Source: Gammaproteobacteria bacterium
Lineage (GTDB): Bacteria; Pseudomonadota; Gammaproteobacteria; GCA-001735895
Direction of reading: 5' to 3'
NCBI GenBank assembly: GCA_024225395.1
Contig: JAAEMR010000159.1
Coordinates: forward strand, 811-64,810
DNA length: 64,000 nucleotides
Below the pieces are notes generated by a model that worked only from the letters and a program-made list of their open reading frames with translations, ran no database searches and had not been told where the DNA came from. A program made the translations under genes and the position numbers. This document shows positions 29,959 to 41,162 of this stretch, piece by piece; position 1 is the first letter of the stretch; each line of letters begins with the position of its first letter.

Positions 29959-31983
29959 TTACAGTAGAGGCACCATCATCAAAGCAACGATGTTGATGAT
30001 TTTGATCAATGGATTGATCGCAGGACCCGCTGTATCTTTGTATGGGTCACCAACAGTGTCACCAGTTACCGCAGCTTTATGAGCATCAGAACCTTTACCA
30101 CCGTGGTTACCGTCTTCGATATATTTCTTCGCATTATCCCATGCACCACCACCGGTAGTCATAGAAATCGCAATAAAGATACCCGTTACGATAGTACCGA
30201 TAAGCATGCCACCCAGTGCTTCAGGCCCTAAAGCCAATCCAACAAGAATTGGAGCCACTACGGGTAACAATGAAGGGACAATCATTTCCTTGATCGCTGC
30301 TTTAGTCAGCATATCAACAGCTTTGGAATAATCAGGCTTTTCAGTACGATCCATGATGCCAGGCATTTCACGGAATTGACGACGTACTTCATTAACGATT
30401 CCGCCAGCTGCACGTCCAACTGCTTCCATCGCCATGGCACCAAACAGGTAAGGAATCATTCCACCGAGGAATAAACCGATGATAACCATGTGGTTTGACA
30501 GATCAAAACTGACTGTTTTACCAGCAGATTCCAGTGTACTGGTGTAATCAGCAAATAGAACCAGTGTAGCCAGTCCAGCTGAACCGATTGCGTAACCTTT
30601 AGTTACCGCTTTAGTTGTATTACCTACCGCATCCAGGGCATCCGTCGTATTACGAATTTCTTCAGGTAGCTCTGACATTTCAGCAATACCACCAGCATTA
30701 TCAGTGATAGGACCGTAAGCATCCAGAGCAACGACAATACCAGTCATTGATAACATGGCAGTAGCCGCGATAGCAATACCGTATAAACCGGCCATTTCGA
30801 AAGCACCCCAGATCGACAGACAAACCGCCAATACTGGAAAAGCTGTAGAACGCATAGACAGGCCTAAACCAGCGATTACGTTAGTACCGTCACCCGTAGT
30901 TGAAGCGGCTGCAATACCACGAACCGGACCGTATTCAGTCGCTGTGTAATATTCAGTAATGACAATCATCGCTACGGTTAGTACCAGACCAATCAGTGCT
31001 GCTCCGAAAAGTGCACCGGCTGAATACAAACCGTTATCGGCCATCATTGAATTGGTCACGAAGTAAAAACCAACTGCAGAAAGAATAGCTGAAACACCCG
31101 TGGCTTTATACAAAGCTGTCATTATTTTTCCGCCTTCAACATATTTGACGAAAAAAGTACCGATAATTGAGCTGATGATTGAAACACCACCCAGAACCAG
31201 AGGATAAGTAACCGCTAAAGATAATGCTTCTTCACCCGCTGTAGCGAAAACAAGGCCGCCCAGTAGCATGGTAGCAATGATAGTTACCGCATACGTTTCA
31301 AACAGATCCGCTGCCATACCGGCACAGTCACCCACATTATCACCCACGTTATCAGCGATTACAGCCGGGTTACGCGGGTCATCTTCCGGAATTCCGGCTT
31401 CAACTTTACCTACGATATCTGCGCCAACATCAGCACCCTTAGTGAAGATACCACCACCAAGACGAGCAAAGATTGAAATCAGGGAACCACCAAAAGCCAG
31501 ACCAATCATCGCATGCAATGGGTCAGGAGCGCCCACAGCCAGTAACAGGCTGTAATAACCTGCAACACCTAGCAGACCCAGACCTACCACTAACATGCCT
31601 GTAATTGCTCCGCCTTTAAACGCGATATCCAGTGCAGGATTGATACCATCTTTTGCCGCTTCAGCAGTACGTGAGTTAGAACGTACAGAAACGTGCATAC
31701 CAATATAGCCTGCAGCACCGGAAAACAAAGCACCTATTGCAAATCCAATTGCTGTATACCAGTCCAGGAAGATACCGATTAAAAGAAATAATATCACTCC
31801 AACAATACCGATCGCCGTGTACTGTCTTGCCAGGTAAGCAATAGCACCTTCCTGTATTGCACCAGCAATTCTTTTCATCTCATCATTACCCTGGGATTTA
31901 CCCATAATAGCTTTGATAGTGATGACCCCGTAGGCAATACCTACAAAAGCACAAATTAGTGCCATTAATAATCCAGACGACAT
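29959..31983 (-). CDS. hppA: membrane-bound proton-translocating pyrophosphatase (V-type H+-PPase)
   Basis: 674 aa with about 16 TM helices and conserved [12 protein letters not shown] motifs. Confidence 0.9.
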   Translation of the reverse strand: MSSGLLMALICAFVGIAYGVITIKAIMGKSQGNDEMKRIAGAIQEGAIAYLARQYTAIGIVGVILFLLIGIFLDWYTAIGFAIGALFSGAAGYIGMHVSVRSNSRTAEAAKDGINPALDIAFKGGAITGMLVVGLGLLGVAGYYSLLLAVGAPDPLHAMIGLAFGGSLISIFARLGGGIFTKGADVGADIVGKVEAGIPEDDPRNPAVIADNVGDNVGDCAGMAADLFETYAVTIIATMLLGGLVFATAGEEALSLAVTYPLVLGGVSIISSIIGTFFVKYVEGGKIMTALYKATGVSAILSAVGFYFVTNSMMADNGLYSAGALFGAALIGLVLTVAMIVITEYYTATEYGPVRGIAAASTTGDGTNVIAGLGLSMRSTAFPVLAVCLSIWGAFEMAGLYGIAIAATAMLSMTGIVVALDAYGPITDNAGGIAEMSELPEEIRNTTDALDAVGNTTKAVTKGYAIGSAGLATLVLFADYTSTLESAGKTVSFDLSNHMVIIGLFLGGMIPYLFGAMAMEAVGRAAGGIVNEVRRQFREMPGIMDRTEKPDYSKAVDMLTKAAIKEMIVPSLLPVVAPILVGLALGPEALGGMLIGTIVTGIFIAISMTTGGGAWDNAKKYIEDGNHGGKGSDAHKAAVTGDTVGDPYKDTAGPAINPLIKIINIVALMMVPLL

Positions 31984-32062
31984 ATTAAGCCCTATACCTT
32001 TATTAAAAAATTATTAAAAAAAAAGCCGTCCCTAAAAATTAAAGAAACAGCTTTTTGAGAAT

Positions 32063-32890
<828 letters not shown>

Positions 32891-32938
32891 TTATACCTAA
32901 ATTATAACATTAGAAAATACCCATAAAAGGGAGGGTGT

Positions 32939-33025
32939 ATGATAAGCAATCATCCAAAACATGCAAATTCAGCTTATTTATTGTATATTCCCCGCCCTGA
33001 TTATCAACAGCCCAGAAAATTATGA
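32939..33025 (+). CDS. 28-aa upstream ORF with strong Shine-Dalgarno, translationally coupled (ATGA overlap) to the 119-aa ORF
   Basis: AAAGGGAGGGTGT-ATG then MISNHPKHANSAYLLYIPRPDYQQPRKL*. Its TGA overlaps the ATG of the ORF at 33022. Confidence 0.25.
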   Translation: MISNHPKHANSAYLLYIPRPDYQQPRKL

Positions 33026-33381
33026 GCGCAATTCCCGATATTACCGACACTGAAACAGGCATAGTTCAAACTACCCTCGACGAAAGATGGGGTAAAAACA
33101 AGGTACAGCCACAGGTCGTTGACGTAGAAGCTCGTTTAAGCAAAGGCGACCGGGAACTCACGGAATGCCCAGCTCTTTACTGGGAACAGGGCGACTGTCA
33201 TTTCATCATTATTAAAACAGATGACAACCAGTACCGAACTCAATTTTATTATGGTAACCGCGAACAATTTGGTACCAGCATACCCGAATATGACAACCTG
33301 GGAGATTGCGTCCTGTCATTGCTAAGACTGCAGGCAGACCATGAAATCACCCGTGCTGAAGAACAGGATTCCAAGGAATAG
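33022..33381 (+). CDS. hypothetical protein
   Basis: 119-aa ORF with no recognised motif. It has no SD of its own but is coupled to the upstream mini-ORF. Confidence 0.4.
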   Translation: MSAIPDITDTETGIVQTTLDERWGKNKVQPQVVDVEARLSKGDRELTECPALYWEQGDCHFIIIKTDDNQYRTQFYYGNREQFGTSIPEYDNLGDCVLSLLRLQADHEITRAEEQDSKE

Positions 33382-33404
33382 AGCAGGTGCCATTCTTAGA
33401 TAAT

Positions 33405-33484
33405 TTCACTCACCACGAAGCACACGAAAAGCACGAAGGAAATAAGTTAAACATTTTTCTTCATGATTTTCGTGTTCTTCGTGG
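33405..33484. repeat. CACGAAG-heptad inverted-repeat element, copy 3
   Basis: TTCACTCACCACGAAGCACACGAAAAGCACGAAGG ... TTTTCGTGTTCTTCGTGG. Upstream of pfp. Confidence 0.55.
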
Positions 33485-33569
33485 CGCACATTTTTTTTAA
33501 CCGGTTTAAAAACTAAACTTTAATACTTTAGGCTAGAAATTGGCCGAATAATTATGGAGATAAACTGAT

Positions 33570-34826
33570 ATGACAAAGAAAAATGCATTCTATGCACAAT
33601 CTGGCGGCGTAACGGCTGTAATCAATTCATCAGCCTGTGGCGTCATCGAAACGTGCCGTAAACACAGCGACAAGATTGGAAATGTATATGCAGGTAAAAA
33701 CGGTATCATCGGTGCTTTAACAGAGCAGCTGATCGATACATCCAAAGAGTCAGCTGAAGATATTGCCGCACTAAAGAAGACCCCTTCTGGTGGGTTTGGA
33801 TCATGCCGTTTCAAGCTCAAAAGCCTGGAAGACAACAAACGTGAATACGAGCGTCTGATCGAAATTTTCAAGGCTCATGACATTGGTTACTTCTTTTACA
33901 ACGGCGGCGGAGACTCTGCTGATACCTGTTACAAGGTTTCTCAACTGTCTGAAAAAATGGGCTTCCCTGTTCAGGCTATACACGTACCTAAAACTGTAGA
34001 CAATGATCTGCCTATTACAGATAACTGCCCGGGGTTTGGTTCTGTTGCAAAATATATCGCTGTTTCAACACTTGAAGCTTCTTACGATGTACGCTCAATG
34101 GCCGCTACTTCTACCAAGATCTTCGTTATCGAAGTCATGGGTCGTCATGCTGGCTGGATCGCTGCTGCCGGTGCACTGGTTGAAGATTACGGAATACCGG
34201 TTATCACGCTATTCCCTGAAATCGAATTTGATCAGGATAAATTTACTGCAGCTGTTGATGCCAAGGTTAAAGAGCACGGTTACTGCACAATCGTTGTTTC
34301 TGAAGGCGCGCATTATCCTGACGGTACTTTCCTGGCAGAACAGGGAACTCGTGATGATTTTGGTCACGCCCAATTAGGCGGCGCAGCTCCTATCGTTGCC
34401 AACATGGTGAAAGAAGCACTGGGACACAAATTTCACTGGGCTGTAGCTGACTACCTGCAACGCGCAGCACGTCACCTGTCACCAGAGTCTGATGTTGAAC
34501 AGGCTTACGCATTAGGTCAGGCTGCCGTTGAAAAAGCACTTGAAGGCAAGAATTCCATCATGCCAACGATTGTTCGTGAGTCATCTAATCCATATGTATG
34601 GAGTATCGGCGAAGCACCTTTAAGTGAAGTAGCCAATGTTGAAAAGATGATGCCTATGGATTTCATCTCTGAAGATGGTTTCGGTATTACGGATAAGTGT
34701 AAAGAGTACCTTTACCCTCTAATCAAAGGCGAGTCTTACCCTGATTATGACGACAATGGCATGCCAAAGTACGTCACTATGAAAGGTGAACTGATAGAGA
34801 AAAAACTGGAAGAGTTTGAAGTTTAA
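33570..34826 (+). CDS. pfp: pyrophosphate-dependent 6-phosphofructokinase (PPi-PFK)
   Basis: 418-aa PFK-A family protein of the length and pattern typical of PPi-dependent enzymes (GGDGS-like GGGDSA loop, MGR motif). Neighbours hppA and ppa. Confidence 0.8.
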   Translation: MTKKNAFYAQSGGVTAVINSSACGVIETCRKHSDKIGNVYAGKNGIIGALTEQLIDTSKESAEDIAALKKTPSGGFGSCRFKLKSLEDNKREYERLIEIFKAHDIGYFFYNGGGDSADTCYKVSQLSEKMGFPVQAIHVPKTVDNDLPITDNCPGFGSVAKYIAVSTLEASYDVRSMAATSTKIFVIEVMGRHAGWIAAAGALVEDYGIPVITLFPEIEFDQDKFTAAVDAKVKEHGYCTIVVSEGAHYPDGTFLAEQGTRDDFGHAQLGGAAPIVANMVKEALGHKFHWAVADYLQRAARHLSPESDVEQAYALGQAAVEKALEGKNSIMPTIVRESSNPYVWSIGEAPLSEVANVEKMMPMDFISEDGFGITDKCKEYLYPLIKGESYPDYDDNGMPKYVTMKGELIEKKLEEFEV

Positions 34827-34848
34827 CTCATATCGTCAAGTTTTGATA

Positions 34849-34878
34849 AAAGGGCTGCTGTTGCAGCCCTTTTTTTTG
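34849..34878 (+). terminator. intrinsic terminator of pfp
   Basis: GGGCTGC-TGTT-GCAGCCC followed by TTTTTTTT. Confidence 0.6.
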
Positions 34879-34896
34879 GTAGCATGTAAAAGATTA

Positions 34897-35056
34897 TTCA
34901 CCACGCAGTCACGAAGCGCACCATGAAGGATTAATGTGGTACTGGTAACTTAGAATCAATACTCTAAAAAGTATCCCCTGAATATGCTCCGTTAAAAGTG
35001 TATTTTTATTATTCTTTTTATGTTTTTCCTGGTGCGCTTCACGCCTTCGTGGTGGA
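34897..35056. repeat. CACGAAG-heptad inverted-repeat element, copy 4
   Basis: TTCACCACGCAGTCACGAAGCGCACCATGAAGG ... CCTGGTGCGCTTCACGCCTTCGTGGTGGA. About 30-bp near-perfect inverted arms. Confidence 0.55.
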
Positions 35057-35091
35057 TATGTTTTTTGAATCAATCTTGATATATTTGAAAT

Positions 35092-35289
35092 ATGACATTA
35101 GAAAAAGCATACGAACTACTCGAAGTTCAGGTTTATATCGGGCAAGGTTATAACCGTAACGCGGCTCGACTAATTCTGGCCGAAGTACAACGAGACCTCG
35201 GGCAAACCGCCATTGACCAACTAATCACCGATCTGAATATGACGGAAGTCTTTGGCTTTGCGACCGGTCAGGAATTCAAAGCTCTCTAA
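35092..35289 (+). CDS. hypothetical small protein
   Basis: 65-aa ORF with weak RBS and no recognised family. Confidence 0.25.
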   Translation: MTLEKAYELLEVQVYIGQGYNRNAARLILAEVQRDLGQTAIDQLITDLNMTEVFGFATGQEFKAL

Positions 35290-35386
35290 ACAGAGCCTTT
35301 GAACACCAATCATTTGCAGTCACAAATTCAACAACCTTGATAAGCCTGTTATAATCGAGAGTTTATTCTTTGTGGAATGTTGAATT

Positions 35387-35935
35387 ATGAATCTTGAACG
35401 TGTCTCTTCTGGTATAAACCTGCCCAATGACATCAATGTCATCATTGAAATCCCTGCTCACAGTGACCCGGTCAAATACGAAGTTGATAAAGAAACCGGT
35501 GCCATGTTCGTCGATCGATTCATGAGTACTGCCATGCATTATCCTTGCAACTATGGCTACATCCCGCATACCCTATCGGATGATGGTGACCCTGCCGATG
35601 TGCTCGTTGTAACACCCATCCCGCTGATCAGTGGCTCGGTAATACGTGTACGTCCGGTTGGCATGTTAAAAATGACCGATGAATCTGGAGATGACGCCAA
35701 GATCCTGGCCGTTCCAGTGGATAAACTGTCACGCGAATACAGGGAAGTTTCCAATATTCGCCAAATGTCCAGAACACTGCTGGATTCTATTTCACACTTT
35801 TTCGAGCACTATAAAGATTTGGAAGATGGAAAATGGGTAAGGGTCGACGACTGGCTGGATGTGGATGATGCAAAAAAAGAAATCATCGAGAGCGTCGAGC
35901 GTTTCAACAACGCCAAAGACAAACCTCATTTCTAA
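35387..35935 (+). CDS. ppa: inorganic pyrophosphatase (family I)
   Basis: 182 aa. ...[57 protein letters not shown]... matches family I soluble PPase throughout. Confidence 0.9.
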   Translation: MNLERVSSGINLPNDINVIIEIPAHSDPVKYEVDKETGAMFVDRFMSTAMHYPCNYGYIPHTLSDDGDPADVLVVTPIPLISGSVIRVRPVGMLKMTDESGDDAKILAVPVDKLSREYREVSNIRQMSRTLLDSISHFFEHYKDLEDGKWVRVDDWLDVDDAKKEIIESVERFNNAKDKPHF

Positions 35936-35942
35936 TATTTAA

Positions 35943-36011
35943 CCACGGAACACACTCAAAATACGGGAGGTTTTATACATAATGTTTCTGTGTATTCAGT
36001 GTGTTCCGTGG
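35943..36011. terminator. long inverted repeat between convergent ppa and GGDEF gene (probable bidirectional terminator)
   Basis: CCACGGAACACACT ... AGTGTGTTCCGTGG, a 14-bp perfect arm with about 41-nt spacer, followed by a T-rich stretch. Confidence 0.4.
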
Positions 36012-36037
36012 ATTTTACCGATACTCATCACACATCA

Positions 36038-36706
36038 TTAGTTACTGCCAAATAATGCAGATTTTTCTTCAGCACTGACTGACGTTTCAGTTTTCATGGT
36101 AGAGAAATCAGCATGGCAAACCTGATTTCGTCCCTGTTCTTTCGCCTGATATAAATACTGATCCACAGAGTCTACAAATGACTCCCGTGTAAGCTCACTA
36201 TCGCTTGAAAAAACACCCACCCCTAAACTTGCCGTTAAGGTAAAAGTTTTTCCTTCAAACTCAACCAGAGCCTGCTCCAGCCAAAGCCTTACTCTTTCCG
36301 CAACATTAACTGCCGTTGGCAAGGTTGTTTGCGGCAGGATTATGACAAATTCCTCGCCACCATACCGGCAAACCACATCTGATAACCTGATGGCGTGCTT
36401 AAACACTGCGGCAGCTACTTTTAAAGCCTGGTTTCCTGCTTCATGCCCCCGCTCATCATTGATAGCTTTAAAGAAATCCAGGTCGATCATGATAATACTG
36501 GTGGGGCGACCTGCACGAAGTGTTCGCTCCATTTCTATTGACAGGTTTTCCTGAAAATAGCGGAGGTTATTTAAGCCCGTTAAAGTATCCGTGGTGACCA
36601 GTAGTTTTAACTCGGCAACTTCACTTCTAAGCAGGGATAATTCCTGTAACCACTGACAATCAAGTCGATCAACAGGACATATTTCTAATTGCTGGCGCGT
36701 ACTCAT
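36038..36706 (-). CDS. GGDEF-domain diguanylate cyclase (short, cytoplasmic)
   Basis: 222 aa with ...RYGGEEFVIIL... and an intact GGEEF motif. Confidence 0.75.
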   Translation of the reverse strand: MSTRQQLEICPVDRLDCQWLQELSLLRSEVAELKLLVTTDTLTGLNNLRYFQENLSIEMERTLRAGRPTSIIMIDLDFFKAINDERGHEAGNQALKVAAAVFKHAIRLSDVVCRYGGEEFVIILPQTTLPTAVNVAERVRLWLEQALVEFEGKTFTLTASLGVGVFSSDSELTRESFVDSVDQYLYQAKEQGRNQVCHADFSTMKTETSVSAEEKSALFGSN

Positions 36707-36861
36707 GTCGACAGATTATAACCACTCCACAAACGATGAAACATAAAAGTTATTTATGGTAAATCTAAATATTTGTACCCAATTTGGGTTTCAAGCGTAA
36801 ATAAAATGATAAATCAGTTATTATTTAGCTCCCTTTCATCTAATTCTCTCTGACCAGACCA

Positions 36862-37884
36862 ATGCCAGATAAAATTTTCAGCTCATCCAGTTATTTCAAA
36901 CAGCAATTTGTTCAACAGCTACAAAAAATGACAGTAATAGATGAATTTGGAATTTTTATACTGGTGCTAGCCAATGCCTTATCCAGACCGGAGATTTACC
37001 AGTCTCTATCTACTGATTTATCAAACCGTTTTGTACATCTGAAACAAAAGCTCAGCGGACTTTCAACCGGTGAACGAGAACAAATACCTGCCGATGACTT
37101 ATCAGTATTCACCGCATTAAGTCGCATTAATTTTAACGAGCTTTCACTATCTATCAGTAAAAACACAGGAATCTGGCAACTACAGTACAATCCTTTACGA
37201 GGTTATAGGCCCGCTCGAAACAGCCATAAAAAAATTGATAAGCTTTACCAGTCTTTTGACCCTGACAGCTTTCACTTCAACAAACCATTTCTATCCAGAG
37301 AAATCCTGTGGCAAGGTAAGTTAAGCAATATCCCGGTTCGCCTTTTATATAATAAATTTCCTTTTGCTGATTATCACGGCTTACTGGTTATTGAACCCGA
37401 ACAGCTGAAGTCTCAATTTTTACAGCGACAGGATATAGATAATGTTCAACAGGTATTATCTGAAATTTCTAATCTGGAAGGTATCGGCCTGGGCTATAAC
37501 TCTATGGCTGCTTATGCTTCTGTCAATCACCAGCACTGGCAAATGTTTTTATCGGAGCAAGCTTACCCGGTTGAGCATACATACTGGGCGCATAACTCAG
37601 GTCCAGCCAGTTACCCTCTCAGCGTCGAGTGTTTTAACTGTATCACTGATGCCTGGCCACAAATAGACCGTTATCAACAGTCAAACAGTAGTTTTAACTT
37701 ATTTGTCAGACCTGACAGAACCTATCTGGTTAAGAGGAAAAAGCAGGGGCAATATCAACACAGTCAATGGACCAGTGGATTCGCCTGGTCAGAAATCATG
37801 GGTAATATCATGGCCACAAACCAGCTGGACTATGAACAACTAACAGCACTCAACATTGAGCAGGAATTAATGTTACTTGAGTAG
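36862..37884 (+). CDS. HIT-superfamily GalT/Apa2/VTC2-like nucleotidyltransferase-phosphorylase (DUF4922-like)
   Basis: 340 aa. VNHQHWQMF fits the H-phi-H-phi-Q motif of the GalT branch of the HIT superfamily. Confidence 0.4.
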   Translation: MPDKIFSSSSYFKQQFVQQLQKMTVIDEFGIFILVLANALSRPEIYQSLSTDLSNRFVHLKQKLSGLSTGEREQIPADDLSVFTALSRINFNELSLSISKNTGIWQLQYNPLRGYRPARNSHKKIDKLYQSFDPDSFHFNKPFLSREILWQGKLSNIPVRLLYNKFPFADYHGLLVIEPEQLKSQFLQRQDIDNVQQVLSEISNLEGIGLGYNSMAAYASVNHQHWQMFLSEQAYPVEHTYWAHNSGPASYPLSVECFNCITDAWPQIDRYQQSNSSFNLFVRPDRTYLVKRKKQGQYQHSQWTSGFAWSEIMGNIMATNQLDYEQLTALNIEQELMLLE

Positions 37885-37904
37885 AAACAAAAGCCTGAAT
37901 TGAA

Positions 37905-39764
37905 TTAGATATCACGAACCAGGCGTATTCCAACATTATACTGTCCCTTCTTACTGGAAAACGTTTCACGATTTTCAACTCTCATCGAAGATGCAGGACT
38001 GCGAAAGGAGCCACCGCGTACTATTCTGACTGAGCAATCTCCACCATCCCATACCGATCCATCATCAGGAGCACCTTTATAGTTCCGGTGATAACAGTCA
38101 TATACCCATTCATATAAATTTCCAGCAGTATCATACAATCCAAACTGATTTGGCTTGTACGATCCCACCTTAGCAGTTTTTGTCGTATTCAAGTCTGAGC
38201 TACAATCAAAACAATGGGCATTCCCTGAGCCTTTGGTGCTTCCCCACCAGTAAGTCGTCCTTTTTCCTCCACGTGCTGCAAACTCCCATTCAGCTTCACT
38301 GGGTAAACGGTATTTTTTCCCTGTCTGTTTACTCAGCCATTTGGAATATGCCAAAGCGTCCTCCCATGAAATATCACTAACAGGATAAGCTTTCCGATCC
38401 CGGCCTTTACTGTCGGGTTGTTTACGTCGAGTTGCTTTAGCAAAAATATCATATTCAGCAAAAGTCACTTCATAAATAGACATCGCAAAAGTAGGCACGG
38501 TAACGGCATGACGCGGGGTTTCATCAGCAGAGACCAAGCCCGCCGACCCCATTCTGAAATCATTACCCGACACTTTAACCATGATGGGGCCGCGTCCACC
38601 CACTTTAAGACGGTCTGTAAAAGGGTCATGTTTATCCTTATACGTTTCTTCAACGACAACTGGAGCAGGTGTGGTTTTTTCAGGTTTTTTCACCGCCTGT
38701 TTGGGTTTAGTGACTACCGGCGGCTCTTCAACCTGAGCAGATTGGGGTTTAACTTCCGGTTTATTAGCCGCTAACTGCTGCTGAGCCAGGCTGGTGACAT
38801 CTGATATCACGCCGTCCAGCATGCCCTGTTGCCAGGTGTAAAAACCTGCACCAACAAACAGCAGCAGCAGAATGGCTTTAAATAAGCCTGCCGTGGATTT
38901 TTTTCCCTGTGGCAGTTTATGTTTAACCGGTTCAGGATCAATTTTGGCTCTTTTGGATAAAGACTCTTTAGGTGGAGGCGGAGCATCGGATGGTTGTTTG
39001 GCCTTCTCTTTAACATCTACAACAATAATTGTGGTGTTATCCTGATTTATTTTATTCGCTTCTTCAACAGCTTTTAACAGGGCATAGACACATTCCCGGG
39101 CAGTTGTTGACCAGGAGGAATATTGAATAATAGCGCCGGCACCTAATGTATCCAGCCCATCACTCGCAATGATCAAACGATCGCCGGGTTTTAATTTGAA
39201 GCTAGTTTCAGGACAGTCAATACTACTAATTTCTTCTCCTGTCATCGCGCTCATGAGCATATTGCGAGACATTCCTGCCTGCTCTTCAATATCCATGCCC
39301 TGCTCTTTCATCATATCGATGTAAGCGCCATAACTATGATCGGCATTTTGCTTGACTAATTCACGCTCTCTAATCAGGTATAAATGACTATCACCCACAC
39401 TCACCCAGTAAAGCTCATTACCTGCCATGAATGTAGAAACCATGGTACAGCCCATACCGCGTAAAGCCGGAGTTTCTGAAATGGAATCGTGGATCTGTTG
39501 ATTGGCCCGATTCAGTGCTGACGATAAAGACACGGGGGCATCTTTACCGTCAAAATCGCCCTGGAAGGCCTTGTTAAAGGTAGCGACAACCATATTACTG
39601 GCCACATTACCCGCAGCATGCCCACCCATTCCATCAGCCATGACGACTAATGCGCAGGTTTTTCCCGCGTCATTATCCCCCATCAGGGAGACCATGAAGG
39701 CATCCTCCTGATAATCACGGGCACCATCGATCTGGTCGCTGGCTATGTCAAATTCAATGCTCAT
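37905..39764 (-). CDS. PP2C-family Ser/Thr phosphatase fused via TM segment and Pro-rich linker to a formylglycine-generating-enzyme (FGE-sulfatase/SUMF1) domain
   Basis: 619 aa. N-terminus DGARDYQED...MADGMGGHAAGNVAS (PPM motifs). Central hydrophobic helix, then PPPPKESL/EPPVVTKPKQAVKKPEK linker. C-terminus ...RLPSEAEWEFAARGG...GNLYEWV...RGGSF (FGE-sulfatase signature). Confidence 0.7.
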   Translation of the reverse strand: MSIEFDIASDQIDGARDYQEDAFMVSLMGDNDAGKTCALVVMADGMGGHAAGNVASNMVVATFNKAFQGDFDGKDAPVSLSSALNRANQQIHDSISETPALRGMGCTMVSTFMAGNELYWVSVGDSHLYLIRERELVKQNADHSYGAYIDMMKEQGMDIEEQAGMSRNMLMSAMTGEEISSIDCPETSFKLKPGDRLIIASDGLDTLGAGAIIQYSSWSTTARECVYALLKAVEEANKINQDNTTIIVVDVKEKAKQPSDAPPPPKESLSKRAKIDPEPVKHKLPQGKKSTAGLFKAILLLLFVGAGFYTWQQGMLDGVISDVTSLAQQQLAANKPEVKPQSAQVEEPPVVTKPKQAVKKPEKTTPAPVVVEETYKDKHDPFTDRLKVGGRGPIMVKVSGNDFRMGSAGLVSADETPRHAVTVPTFAMSIYEVTFAEYDIFAKATRRKQPDSKGRDRKAYPVSDISWEDALAYSKWLSKQTGKKYRLPSEAEWEFAARGGKRTTYWWGSTKGSGNAHCFDCSSDLNTTKTAKVGSYKPNQFGLYDTAGNLYEWVYDCYHRNYKGAPDDGSVWDGGDCSVRIVRGGSFRSPASSMRVENRETFSSKKGQYNVGIRLVRDI

Positions 39765-39918
39765 ACAATTCTATTTTTTTCACTAAACCTAATATAGATG
39801 TAAGTTAAAGTATTTTCTGGATTATTACTAAACTAAGTCAAAAAAGCATTAATTTATTCCTTTAATGAGAACCACACCCTGTTTTTAAGCTACACACTCA
39901 GGATCAGGTCACATACCG

Positions 39919-40344
39919 CTACCTAAAAGGATTAAATCCAGATTCTTTTAACAAGTGTAGCGGAAGAAAGAGTGGTTGTGGTAACTCATTCCAGTGAGCC
40001 CACAACCAGTCTGAATTATGCCCATCAATTAGCAAAGTTTGCTGGTCAGCATTTAAGCAATCCACCATGAAATACAGGCTTAAAGAGTGCGTATCCCGGT
40101 CAAACACATTATTGGTAAAAGTCACAAACTTGCTTTCCCCAAAACATAATGGTTGAAAAAGACTGAGATGACGTTGCACTGTCTGCTCAGGAGTTTCTCC
40201 AAATCGTATCCAGCCACCCGGTAATTGCCAGCTACCCTGCATCGGCTGTTTCAAGCGACGACCCAATATTATTTGCTGATTTTGTTTTATAATCACCCCC
40301 ACGCCTACATGGGGTTTATTTTTAACATGCACGTTTTGTTTCAT
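39919..40344 (-). CDS. NUDIX-fold protein with degenerate Nudix box
   Basis: 141 aa. GGWIRFGETPEQTVQRHL occupies the Nudix box position but lacks the REx2EE glutamates. Confidence 0.4.
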   Translation of the reverse strand: MKQNVHVKNKPHVGVGVIIKQNQQIILGRRLKQPMQGSWQLPGGWIRFGETPEQTVQRHLSLFQPLCFGESKFVTFTNNVFDRDTHSLSLYFMVDCLNADQQTLLIDGHNSDWLWAHWNELPQPLFLPLHLLKESGFNPFR

Positions 40345-40361
40345 CAGAGGTTTATCTAATC

Positions 40362-41162
40362 ATGAATAGTCTATTAGACTTTGAAGGCCAGATCAGGTTA
40401 AGTGTTTTCATCATCATTTTTACGATTATGGCACTGTGGGAAATAAAAGCCCCTTTTAGAAAACTCAGGTTAAGCCGAACTAGTCGCTGGCCACATCAAC
40501 TCGGCCTGATAATCTTAAACACCGTGGCAGTTCGACTGTTATTTCCCGTTGCTGCAGTCGGTACAGCCCAGTACATGCAACAACAGGGCTGGGGGCTGAT
40601 GAACCTGTTAGGCTTCAACCCGGCTATTGCCCTGATTAGCGGGTTTATATTGCTCGACTTTGCTATCTACTGGCAACACGTTATTGCTCACCGGCTTGAC
40701 TGGTTCTGGAAACTGCATCGAACCCATCACGCAGACACCGATTATGATTTAACCACTGGCCTACGCTTTCACCCTCTCGAAATCATTCTATCCATGTTAA
40801 TTAAAATACTGGTCATTGTATTGCTGGGCATACCTGCAACAGCCGTTATCCTTTTTGAAATCGTGTTATCCGGTTCAGCCATGTTCAATCACTCAAACAT
40901 CAAACTTCCCGAAAGCATTGAACCAACTCTTAGAAAAGTCATTGTTACACCCAGTATGCACCGCATTCACCATTCTACTCAGCAATTTGAGCATGATACT
41001 AATTATGGATTTTTTCTGTCTATCTGGGATCGATTATTTGGTAGTTACACTGATAAGGCCATGGAAAATGAGCAAACCATGCCAATAGGGTTAAATATTT
41101 TTCGTGCCAAAGAGAATCAACGACTCGGTCGAATCCTCAAAATGCCCTTTACTAATCATTAA
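40362..41162 (+). CDS. sterol desaturase / fatty-acid hydroxylase superfamily membrane protein
   Basis: 266 aa with histidine boxes HRLDWFWKLHRTHH, HHADTDYDL and HRIHHS, and 4 TM helices. Confidence 0.7.
   Translation: MNSLLDFEGQIRLSVFIIIFTIMALWEIKAPFRKLRLSRTSRWPHQLGLIILNTVAVRLLFPVAAVGTAQYMQQQGWGLMNLLGFNPAIALISGFILLDFAIYWQHVIAHRLDWFWKLHRTHHADTDYDLTTGLRFHPLEIILSMLIKILVIVLLGIPATAVILFEIVLSGSAMFNHSNIKLPESIEPTLRKVIVTPSMHRIHHSTQQFEHDTNYGFFLSIWDRLFGSYTDKAMENEQTMPIGLNIFRAKENQRLGRILKMPFTNH

Noticed and set aside
30755-31555. ORFs 30755-30949 and 31268-31555, which are Ala/Pro-rich
   Set aside because: They are antisense to the GC-biased hppA coding sequence. Their low-complexity composition is typical of shadow ORFs.
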